Below, in pieces: positions 18,138 to 25,648 of a stretch of 32,000 nt of DNA. The number at the start of each line of letters is the position of its first letter. Position 1 is the first letter of the stretch. The DNA is taken from contig CP001848.1 in the NCBI GenBank assembly GCA_000025185.1, forward strand, positions 4,020,001 to 4,052,000. The letters are read 5' to 3'. The stretch is from Pirellula staleyi DSM 6068 (lineage in GTDB: Bacteria > Planctomycetota > Planctomycetia > Pirellulales > Pirellulaceae). The notes beneath the pieces are model-generated. The model was not told the DNA's origin. It was given only the letters and a program-made list of their open reading frames with translations, and did not search any database. A program made the position numbers and the translations under genes.

Positions 18138-19187
18138 TTAAACCGTGGCAGCCAGTTTTTCGCCAGGGACAGGCGAGATCTCTTTGCCCATCAAGGCAGC
18201 GAGTCCCTTCAGCTGAACCATCAGTTCGGCGTACTTGTGAGGGAGAAGTGCTTGGGGGCCATCGGACAAGGCTTTTTCAGGGCAATCGTGCACTTCGATA
18301 TGCACGCCATCGGCTCCCACGGCGATGCCGGCGAGAGCACACGGTGGAATGAGTGCTGGCTTACCAGTGGCATGGCTGGGGTCGACGATAATGGGCAAGT
18401 GCGAGAGACCTTTGACGACAGCCACCGAAGCGACGTCATAAAGGTTACGCGTGACCTTATCAAAACCCTTTACTCCACGTTCGCAGAGCACCACATCAGG
18501 GTTGCCTTGCGACAGGATATATTCGGCGCTCATTAGGAGGTCTTCCACCGTTGCGCTCATGCCACGCTTCAGCAGCACAGGCTTACGCGTGCGCCCGACT
18601 TCCGTCAGCAGCACAAAGTTTTGCATGTTGCGAGCGCCGATTTGGATCATGTCGGCATAACGCTCGACAGTTTCCACGCAGCGTGGGTCCATCACTTCCG
18701 TGACGATCGGCATGCCGTGAGCATCACCCACTTCACGGAGCAGTTTGAGTCCATCTTCGCCGTGACCTTGGAAGGCGTACGGGCTGGTGCGAGGCTTATA
18801 AGCGCCGCCACGGAAGATATTCGCGCCGGCAGTTCGCACCGCTTTCGCGATGTTGTGCATCCGTTCGGGCTCTTCCACCGCACATGGACCGGCGATCATG
18901 GCGAGATAGCCGCCACCGATCTTCACGCCCGAGACATTCACCACGCTCGGTTGGGGGTGAGCATCTTTGCTGGCGAGTTTATAAGGAGGGAGCACAGGCA
19001 TCACCTCGAGAACGCCCGGAATCGCGCGAAGCGATTCGGCCGAGATTTTTTGCTCGTCGCCAATCACCCCAATAATCGTGCGGAACGTTCCGCGGCTGAG
19101 GTGTGCCTTGAGCCCGAGTTGTTCAACTCGCTCGAGGACGTGCGACAATTGGCTTTCCGACACTTCGTTTTGGAGGATTATGATCAC
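18138..19187 (-). CDS. aroF: 3-deoxy-7-phosphoheptulonate (DAHP) synthase, type I-beta with N-terminal ferredoxin-like/ACT regulatory domain
   Basis: [38 protein letters not shown]. The N-terminal roughly 65 aa ([14 protein letters not shown]...IIGVIGDE) parallels the Thermotoga-type regulatory domain as I recall it. I therefore place the start at GTG 19187 rather than the track's TTG at 19211. Confidence 0.9.
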   Translation of the reverse strand: MIIILQNEVSESQLSHVLERVEQLGLKAHLSRGTFRTIIGVIGDEQKISAESLRAIPGVLEVMPVLPPYKLASKDAHPQPSVVNVSGVKIGGGYLAMIAGPCAVEEPERMHNIAKAVRTAGANIFRGGAYKPRTSPYAFQGHGEDGLKLLREVGDAHGMPIVTEVMDPRCVETVERYADMIQIGARNMQNFVLLTEVGRTRKPVLLKRGMSATVEDLLMSAEYILSQGNPDVVLCERGVKGFDKVTRNLYDVASVAVVKGLSHLPIIVDPSHATGKPALIPPCALAGIAVGADGVHIEVHDCPEKALSDGPQALLPHKYAELMVQLKGLAALMGKEISPVPGEKLAATV

Positions 19188-19454
19188 GGCCGCAGCATCA
19201 CATAAAGGCAAAGGACCTAGGCAAGTAGAATCTCGGACTATAGCATAGCAAAGCGCGGTAAGTCGAGAGGCCGTAGGGAAGTTGCGCTTGCGACCACCTG
19301 CCGCTCCTCGGTCGGGTTGCGACCGAACGCACAGCGACCAATCTGAACCCGCCCATGGTTCTGCCGGTCACTGCTACCTGCGGCTCCATCCTGTCGGTCC
19401 GACAAATTTGCTTGCATCCCAATCACCCCTTTGCTGATATCGAGACCCGAGAAC

Positions 19455-20264
19455 ATGCCCCTTACGATTGGATTTGTGGGTGCTGGCCAAATGGCGACCG
19501 CACTGGCACTGGGACTCGTAAAGGCAGGCCTGGCAAAGGGTAGCGACATTTTGGCCTACGATCCTTATCCAGCCGCTCTAGCTGGTTTTCAGGCGAAGAT
19601 CGAAGGGGCTCAAGGTGTCGATGGGGTTGAGAAGCTCGCCAGTGTCGATGTGCTCGTCCTGGCCGTTAAGCCGCAGCAACTTGCCGCAGCAGCCGCGCCA
19701 TTAGTGGGCAAGATCGCTCCGCAAACCCTTGTTGTTTCGGTACTTGCAGGGGCCACACTCGCGACGCTTAGCAAGGCACTCGGCCACGCCAAGATCATCC
19801 GCGTGATGCCGAACACTCCAGCCTTGGTAAGTGCCGGTGCTTCGGCCTTCGCTGCGTCCGAAGGGGCTACCCCAAAAGACCTCGAGCTTGCTCAGCAACT
19901 GCTTAGCTCGGTTGGCTTTGCGGCTAAAGTCGAGGAGAAGCATCTCGACGCTGTCACGGGGCTGTCAGGCTCCGGACCAGCGTACGCCTGTCTCATCATC
20001 GAGGCTTTGGCCGATGGTGGCGTCAAAATGGGATTGCCTCGCGATTTGGCTCTTAAATTAGCTGCTCAAACCCTACTGGGAACCGCCAAAATGGTGCTCG
20101 ATAGTGGCGAGCATCCCGGTGTTCTGAAGGATCGTGTCGCCAGCCCTGGGGGAACGACGATTGCCGGTCTGGCGACCCTCGAAGATCGTGGTGTCCGAGG
20201 TGCTTTGATTGCTGCTGTGGAATCGGCCACCCGTCGGTCGATGGAACTAGGCAAACCCTCGTAA
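19455..20264 (+). CDS. proC: pyrroline-5-carboxylate reductase
   Basis: N-terminus MPLTIGFVGAGQMATALALGL (Rossmann fold), RVMPNTPALV, SPGGTTIAGL. I trimmed the ORF to the ATG at 19455. Confidence 0.9.
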   Translation: MPLTIGFVGAGQMATALALGLVKAGLAKGSDILAYDPYPAALAGFQAKIEGAQGVDGVEKLASVDVLVLAVKPQQLAAAAAPLVGKIAPQTLVVSVLAGATLATLSKALGHAKIIRVMPNTPALVSAGASAFAASEGATPKDLELAQQLLSSVGFAAKVEEKHLDAVTGLSGSGPAYACLIIEALADGGVKMGLPRDLALKLAAQTLLGTAKMVLDSGEHPGVLKDRVASPGGTTIAGLATLEDRGVRGALIAAVESATRRSMELGKPS

Positions 20265-20282
20265 AGATTTTGGGTATACTTC

Positions 20283-20349
20283 CCTTAGGTGCATCCCTGG
20301 GCACCAGTGGTAGCAGACGAAGGCTACGCTCCTAGGTCAGTGGTAGCAG
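20283..20349 (+). repeat. duplicated box CCT(T)AGGT...CAGTGGTAGCAG in the leader of the small ORF at 20391
   Basis: The exact 12-mer CAGTGGTAGCAG occurs at 20305-20316 and 20338-20349, a 33-nt offset. Each copy is preceded by CCT(T)AGGT. The first copy has a hairpin inserted (GGTGC 20288-20292 / GCACC 20301-20305). Confidence 0.6.
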
Positions 20350-20390
20350 CCCCGGAAACGTTCCCGGCTGCGAATCGTTCGGAGGAATTC

Positions 20391-20627
20391 ATGTCATCAA
20401 TTTTTGTGCTTGTCGACGACAAGCATGTGCCGCTCTACCGCGTGATGTGGATCGCCGACACTCCGCACTTTTGTGGCAACGAAGATTGCACCTGCGAGGG
20501 GATGTACGAGGTGCGTCTCGAGGGTGACGATTCGGTTTGGGCGACACGCCCCGAGCGCGACAACGTTCTCAAGGCAGTTGAAGCCTGGCATAACGGACAA
20601 GAACGCGATCAGCAGGACTGGGATTAA
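20391..20627 (+). CDS. small hypothetical Cys-containing protein (78 aa)
   Basis: ATG at 20391 has GGAGG (20381-20385) upstream. The translation is MSSIFVLVDDKHVPLYRVMWIADTPHFCGNEDCTCEGMYEV..., with a CX5CXC cluster. No family recognised. Confidence 0.5.
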   Translation: MSSIFVLVDDKHVPLYRVMWIADTPHFCGNEDCTCEGMYEVRLEGDDSVWATRPERDNVLKAVEAWHNGQERDQQDWD

Positions 20628-20730
20628 CCTGGCTCATTCTCGCGGCCAATCGCTCCCCCCAATCTCCCGTGGGCTGACCGTAAATTTGCCGCTTTTTCCC
20701 TCGCTTTAAGAGTATTTCGAGTAGCCAAGC

Positions 20731-21219
20731 GTGAGTGAATCGTTTTCGCATTTCGACGAGCAGGGGGCATCGAGAATGGTCGATGTCACCGCCAAACCGA
20801 TCACCGAGCGGATGGCTCGGGCGCGCGGAATCGTTGCGATGCAGCCTGCCACGCTGGCTAAAATCCGAGATCGCTCGCACAGCAAAGGGGATGTTCTCGA
20901 GGTGGCCCGCCTCGCAGGGATCATGGCCGCGAAACGGACCGATGAGTGGATTCCGCTCTGTCACTCCCTACCGCTCGAGGGGGTCGAAATCGCGTTTACG
21001 ATCCTCGGTGATGATCGAATTGCGATTGAAGCCACGACGCGAGTGAGTGCCAAGACCGGTGTCGAGATGGAATCGCTTGTCGCTGTTAGTGCTTGTGCTC
21101 TAACGATTTACGACATGTGCAAGGCAGTCGATCGGGCCCTGGTGATCGAGCGCATCGAGCTGGTAGAAAAACAAGGTGGACGAAGCGGCCACTTTTTGCG
21201 TGAAACTCCCGCCCCCTGA
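20731..21219 (+). CDS. moaC: cyclic pyranopterin monophosphate synthase MoaC
   Basis: 162 aa with a GTG start. MVDVTAKPITER, KGDVLEVARLAGIMAAKRT.EWIPLCH, GVEMESL, TIYDMCKA. Confidence 0.9.
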   Translation: MSESFSHFDEQGASRMVDVTAKPITERMARARGIVAMQPATLAKIRDRSHSKGDVLEVARLAGIMAAKRTDEWIPLCHSLPLEGVEIAFTILGDDRIAIEATTRVSAKTGVEMESLVAVSACALTIYDMCKAVDRALVIERIELVEKQGGRSGHFLRETPAP

Positions 21220-21291
21220 ACGGTTAGTGAAGTGTGAGATTCCTGACCGATTTCGGCGGGAGTGAGAAAGTTTCGGAAGGACGTAAGAATC

Positions 21292-22341
21292 ATGAGCCCA
21301 TCGTCAGCCAGCGGATCAGCAGTTACGAGTTCTGACTCGGCACTCGCCAGCGGAGCCAACAGTCCCGCGACCACCGCGATTCTGAACACGCTCTACGCGC
21401 CGGTTGCCGCCGAAATGCAGCTGATCGAGCAGCGTCTCCGGACCGAACTCTCGAGCAAGCATCCATTTGTCGACGAACTGGTTCGCTACGGCTGTCTGCT
21501 CGGCGGCAAGCGTCTCCGACCTGCTCTCTTGCTGTTGACGGGGAAAGCACTGGGTGGCATCACGCCAGCGCATCTAACCCTCGCCACCGTGGTCGAGATG
21601 ATTCACACCGCCACGCTGGTGCACGACGACGTTCTCGATGAAGCCAAAGTCCGCCGGCATCTCGCAACGGTGAATGCCCGCTGGGACAACGAATCGAGTG
21701 TTTTACTCGGCGACTATCTCTTCACACACGCCTTCCATCTCGCCAGCACCCTCGACACCGTTGTCGGCTGCCGCGTGATCGGTCGCGCGACGAACATCGT
21801 CTGCGAAGGAGAGTTGCTCCAAAAAGGATCGCGTGGCAACTTCCGACTCACGCAGTCTGAATACTTCGAAATCATCGAAGGAAAGACTGCTGAGTTGACC
21901 GCCTGCAGTTGCTACCTCGGGGCTCATTTCTCGGCCGCGAGTGTGGAAGTGTGCGACCAGATGGATGGTTTTGGTCGCGATCTCGGTATCGCGTTTCAAA
22001 TTGCCGACGATTTGCTCGACGTGCTTGGCGAAGAAAAAGCCACCGGCAAGAGTCTCGGCACCGATCTCGAGAAGCAGAAGCCAACTTTGCCACTGATCTA
22101 CACGCTCGAGAAGGCATCGTCGCACGATCGTCAGGAACTGGTGGAGATCCTGTCGAGCGAATCTCGCGATATGAAACAGATCCTGCCGTTCATTATCAAG
22201 TATGGCGGCATCGAATTCGCCCGCGAACAAGCGATTCGCTATGCTCGTCGCGCTGCAGGGCGACTTGAGTATCTTCCGAATGGCAATTGTCGCGACACGC
22301 TGCAAACCATGGCCGAATTCGTCGTTAGCCGCAGTAGCTAG
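21292..22341 (+). CDS. ispB: long-chain polyprenyl diphosphate synthase (octaprenyl/heptaprenyl-type)
   Basis: First Asp-rich motif EMIHTATLVHDDVLDE and second FQIADDLLD. The small residues (Ala, Thr) at positions -5/-4 before the first DDxxD indicate long-chain products. ATG 21292 is chosen, with GTG 21262 as an alternative. Chain length, and therefore the gene symbol, is tentative. Confidence 0.85.
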   Translation: MSPSSASGSAVTSSDSALASGANSPATTAILNTLYAPVAAEMQLIEQRLRTELSSKHPFVDELVRYGCLLGGKRLRPALLLLTGKALGGITPAHLTLATVVEMIHTATLVHDDVLDEAKVRRHLATVNARWDNESSVLLGDYLFTHAFHLASTLDTVVGCRVIGRATNIVCEGELLQKGSRGNFRLTQSEYFEIIEGKTAELTACSCYLGAHFSAASVEVCDQMDGFGRDLGIAFQIADDLLDVLGEEKATGKSLGTDLEKQKPTLPLIYTLEKASSHDRQELVEILSSESRDMKQILPFIIKYGGIEFAREQAIRYARRAAGRLEYLPNGNCRDTLQTMAEFVVSRSS

Positions 22342-22368
22342 ATCGCTGATGCTCCAGCGCAGCGACGT

Positions 22369-24330
22369 TCATGGAGTGCTGCGAGATTGCTGCTGAAGCT
22401 GTAAAACCGTCGCGCGATTTTTCATCGCGAGTGGATGATCTTTCGCGATGGAGAGCGCCCGATCAAAGGCTGCGATCGACTCGCGATAGTTGCCGGTTGA
22501 CCCCAGCAAATTTCCAAGGTTAATCCACGCCTGATAGTTCGTCGGGCGTATCTCGATCGCTTTTAGTAGATGCTCGTGAGCACGCTGGGGATCGCGTCGA
22601 ATCAGCATCGCGCCAAGGTTGTTGTGGGCGTCGCCATAGTTGGGCGCAAGCTCCACGGCCTTTTCGAGCGCAGCGAGAGCACGGTCGTCATCTGCCCCGC
22701 GTAGCACGAGGCCCAACTGGTAGTAGAGCAGCGGCTTATCGGGGGCGATTTCGATCCCACGTTCGCAGGCTCGCAACGCCTCATCGCGCCGCCCAAGCGC
22801 CAGGCAAACACTGGCAAGTTGTCCGTGCGTATCGGCGACATTCGGTAGCTCTTTGAGGCTCCGCTGCAAGTCGCGGTAAGCATCCTCGAAATTGCCGCGA
22901 TCCCCCTTAATTCTCGCTAGATTCGCCCAGGCACGTGCATTTTGCGGTAGCTTCTGCACGACATCTTCCCACAGCGTTTGGCGGTCGCGATAGACCATGT
23001 TCCGCTGAAACGTAAGTGCCACCAGCAGCATTAGTATGACGCCCATCACCAGCGAATATTTCAGCCAAACTCGCGACGGGATCTCTTGGCGCGGACTTTC
23101 TTTTTCGACATCCCGCAGCTGCAGCTGCCAGAGACCAAGCGGCGCGATGACAAGTGTCAACACAGCGGCGAGTGGCAGGTACATCCGATGTTCAAACGCC
23201 AAGTCGATAACCGGCACCACACTACTGCTGGGAGCGAGCAGGATAAAGAAACTCATCGCGACAAACCCGAGCGGATGACGTCGCCACAGCAAAAGTGCCG
23301 CACCCACAAACATCGCAAGTACGACGAAGAGCGAAACGAACATCGTGGCATCGATCGGCTGAACAGGCCAGGTGTAATCGAAGCATTGATAAATCGGCAA
23401 AAACGCGAGTCTTAAGTAGTGCAGAATCACGAGCGGCTGTGAACGTGCATACTCCCAGCTAGAATGCTTTTGCTCCGTGAACTCGGCATAGTCGCCGCGC
23501 TCAGCAAGCACTACACCGAGCAGGACAACAATGGTTGCGTGCATCGCCAGGTGATACTTCCACCGCTTCGTCAGGGGCTCCCCAAAACTACGGCTCACGA
23601 AAGTGGCATCGTAGAGATACACGAGCAGTGGCAGTGTGATAGCTACTTCCTTGCAGAGCATCGCTAGGATCGAAGCCACCACAGAAAGGAGTAGCCAAAT
23701 CGGCGAAGCTGGTCGTCGCATGCTCGCTGCGAAACAGGCGAGCGAAGCGAGCATTCCGAGCACAACCATCGACTCGATGCGCTGGTAGATGTAGGTGACC
23801 GCTTGGGTGGTCAGTGGATGCGCGACCCAGAGCGATGCAATCGACGTGGCGATGATCCATCGCCCGGATTCATCGAGGGGAGCGATTCGCTCGCGTACAA
23901 AATCAAGCGACCATTTCACGAGCAGGAGTAGCAGCATGCCGCTCGCTAGATGAATGGCCAGATTGACGGCGTGAAAACTGGCGAGATTACGCCCCGTCAC
24001 GAGCGATTGCACACCAAACGTCCACTGCGGCAGGGGACGGACTGGCAGCCGATTCCCGCTATCGAGCACTTCCTGGGGTGGCCAAACCTTCGCGAGATTG
24101 TCGTTGGACTCAATCTCGGTGACATCGTCAAAAACGAAGTCCCCTACAAAACTGCTGCTGTAAGCGAGCAGCCCTGCAACCAGCACTAGGGCGAAGTAAA
24201 TCAGGTTGCTTCGAACCGGTTGCTGATCGTGGGTGCTTTTGCGGCGGCTTGTTGCCTCGCGCGAAGCAGGAACTGCAGATGGTCGGTCGTGGTGCGATTT
24301 CATGGCGAAGTGCGAACTCTTTTTCCGCAT
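22369..24330 (-). CDS. TMTC/PMT-like GT-C membrane glycosyltransferase-like protein with C-terminal TPR repeats
   Basis: 653 aa. The N-terminal roughly 420 aa are polytopic, with FVFDDVTEIESN in the first loop (the DD/DE loop motif of the PMT/TMTC type). The C-terminal roughly 220 aa are tandem TPRs (ARAWANLARI..., ADTHGQLASV..., PLLYYQLGLV..., GDAHNNLGAM..., YQAWINLGNL...). Confidence 0.8.
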   Translation of the reverse strand: MRKKSSHFAMKSHHDRPSAVPASREATSRRKSTHDQQPVRSNLIYFALVLVAGLLAYSSSFVGDFVFDDVTEIESNDNLAKVWPPQEVLDSGNRLPVRPLPQWTFGVQSLVTGRNLASFHAVNLAIHLASGMLLLLLVKWSLDFVRERIAPLDESGRWIIATSIASLWVAHPLTTQAVTYIYQRIESMVVLGMLASLACFAASMRRPASPIWLLLSVVASILAMLCKEVAITLPLLVYLYDATFVSRSFGEPLTKRWKYHLAMHATIVVLLGVVLAERGDYAEFTEQKHSSWEYARSQPLVILHYLRLAFLPIYQCFDYTWPVQPIDATMFVSLFVVLAMFVGAALLLWRRHPLGFVAMSFFILLAPSSSVVPVIDLAFEHRMYLPLAAVLTLVIAPLGLWQLQLRDVEKESPRQEIPSRVWLKYSLVMGVILMLLVALTFQRNMVYRDRQTLWEDVVQKLPQNARAWANLARIKGDRGNFEDAYRDLQRSLKELPNVADTHGQLASVCLALGRRDEALRACERGIEIAPDKPLLYYQLGLVLRGADDDRALAALEKAVELAPNYGDAHNNLGAMLIRRDPQRAHEHLLKAIEIRPTNYQAWINLGNLLGSTGNYRESIAAFDRALSIAKDHPLAMKNRATVLQLQQQSRSTP

Positions 24331-24418
24331 CTTCGTCGAGATCAGCAGGATCGACTACCGAGGTTCATCAACTCTTCATGAAGAGTGCCTCAGTCGATGC
24401 CATATCAGCCCACTGGCT

Positions 24419-25546
24419 TTAGTTTAAAGGAACTGGAATCTGCATCTCGGCCAGCACTTCACGAAGGGCGCTGGCGAGCATTTTCATATCCGAGGCAAAC
24501 AGCCGACCGATGTTCCCAATGCGAAAGCAATCGGCGCGCGATACTTTGCCTGGGTAAATCACAAACCCACGTTCGCTGAGCAGCTCGTAGAAGCGATCGA
24601 ACGAAAAATTCGGATGTGTTGGATAGCGAAGCGAGGTGATGATCGGCGCTTGCAGTTCCGGCGGCAAGAGTTCGGTGAAGCCGAGCTTACGGGTCTCGGC
24701 CAAGATCGTTTGATGATTCTCGCGATAGCGCTGCGCGCGGCCAGCTGCTCCTCCTTCCGCTTCAAGTTCTGCCAAGGCTTGACGAAATGCCAGGATCACA
24801 TGCGTAGGGGGGGTAAATCGAAATTGCCCTGTCTTCTCCATCACTTGCCATTGATCGACCAGATCGAGTGAAAGTGAACGTGCGTTGCCGATGGATCGTT
24901 CCAGCAGCTCGCGTTTGCAAATCGCAAACGAAAAGCCAGGGACCCCTTCGACACACTTATTGGCCGACGAAACGAGGCAATCGATCTGGCAATTCTTCAG
25001 CGAGAAGTCGATGCCGCCAAAGGCGCTCATGGAGTCGACGAAATAAGTGATTCCCTGTTTCGCCGCGATCGCCCCGATCTCCTCGATTGGATTCAAAATG
25101 CCCGAAGTGGTTTCGCAGTGCACCACGGCAAGGGCCGTGAATTTGCTCTGCTCGAGCGTCTGCTGAATCTCGGCGAGATTGGGCTGCTGGGTCTCTTCGC
25201 ACGCCAGCACCTGATGATCGATTTTAAGCGTGCGGCAGATTTTGGCCATCCGATCGCCATACGCTCCATTGGAGACAATCAGCCAGCGGGCTGCTGGTGG
25301 ACTGAACGTGCTGAATACAGCCTCGACACCAAAAGTTCCGCTCCCTTGCATCAGCACAGCTTCGTAGCCATCGGCCTGCGAAACTCCCGCGATCTCGAGC
25401 AGCTTCTCGCGTGTTTCTTTCACGGCTGTCATGAAAGTCGCATCGCGGCTGCCAAGGTCGCGAAGCATTGCCGTGCGCACCGAGAGACTCGTCGTCAGGG
25501 GACCAGGAGTAAAAAGTGGTTTGTCTTTGGCGGCAGGAATGGTCAT
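24419..25546 (-). CDS. phnW: 2-aminoethylphosphonate--pyruvate transaminase-like class V aminotransferase
   Basis: 375 aa. The N-terminus LFTPGPLTTSLSVRTAMLRDLGSRDATF and the PLP-lysine context SSANKCVEGVPGFSF match my memory of PhnW sequences (LLTPGPLTTS...DWGSWD, SANKC.QGVPG) better than generic AGXT or serine-glyoxylate enzymes. Confidence 0.7.
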   Translation of the reverse strand: MTIPAAKDKPLFTPGPLTTSLSVRTAMLRDLGSRDATFMTAVKETREKLLEIAGVSQADGYEAVLMQGSGTFGVEAVFSTFSPPAARWLIVSNGAYGDRMAKICRTLKIDHQVLACEETQQPNLAEIQQTLEQSKFTALAVVHCETTSGILNPIEEIGAIAAKQGITYFVDSMSAFGGIDFSLKNCQIDCLVSSANKCVEGVPGFSFAICKRELLERSIGNARSLSLDLVDQWQVMEKTGQFRFTPPTHVILAFRQALAELEAEGGAAGRAQRYRENHQTILAETRKLGFTELLPPELQAPIITSLRYPTHPNFSFDRFYELLSERGFVIYPGKVSRADCFRIGNIGRLFASDMKMLASALREVLAEMQIPVPLN

Positions 25547-25648
25547 GGATGGCTCGAGCGATTGAGTTTCTAGGCGGAGTGATGCCAGCGATATGAAGGT
25601 GAAAACGAGAGGTTCAGATGGAATAGAAAAACGGGGCTCGGCTGCTCG

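Noticed and set aside
20331-20370. tRNA-like D-arm resemblance (TCAGTGGTAGCAG) followed by a hairpin
   Set aside because: I could not build an acceptor stem, T-arm (no GTTCGAATC-type box) or cloverleaf. It is better described as a duplicated box in a leader.
20628-20730. Moco riboswitch upstream of moaC
   Set aside because: The gap is only about 100 nt and lacks the conserved elements I recall for the Moco RNA motif.
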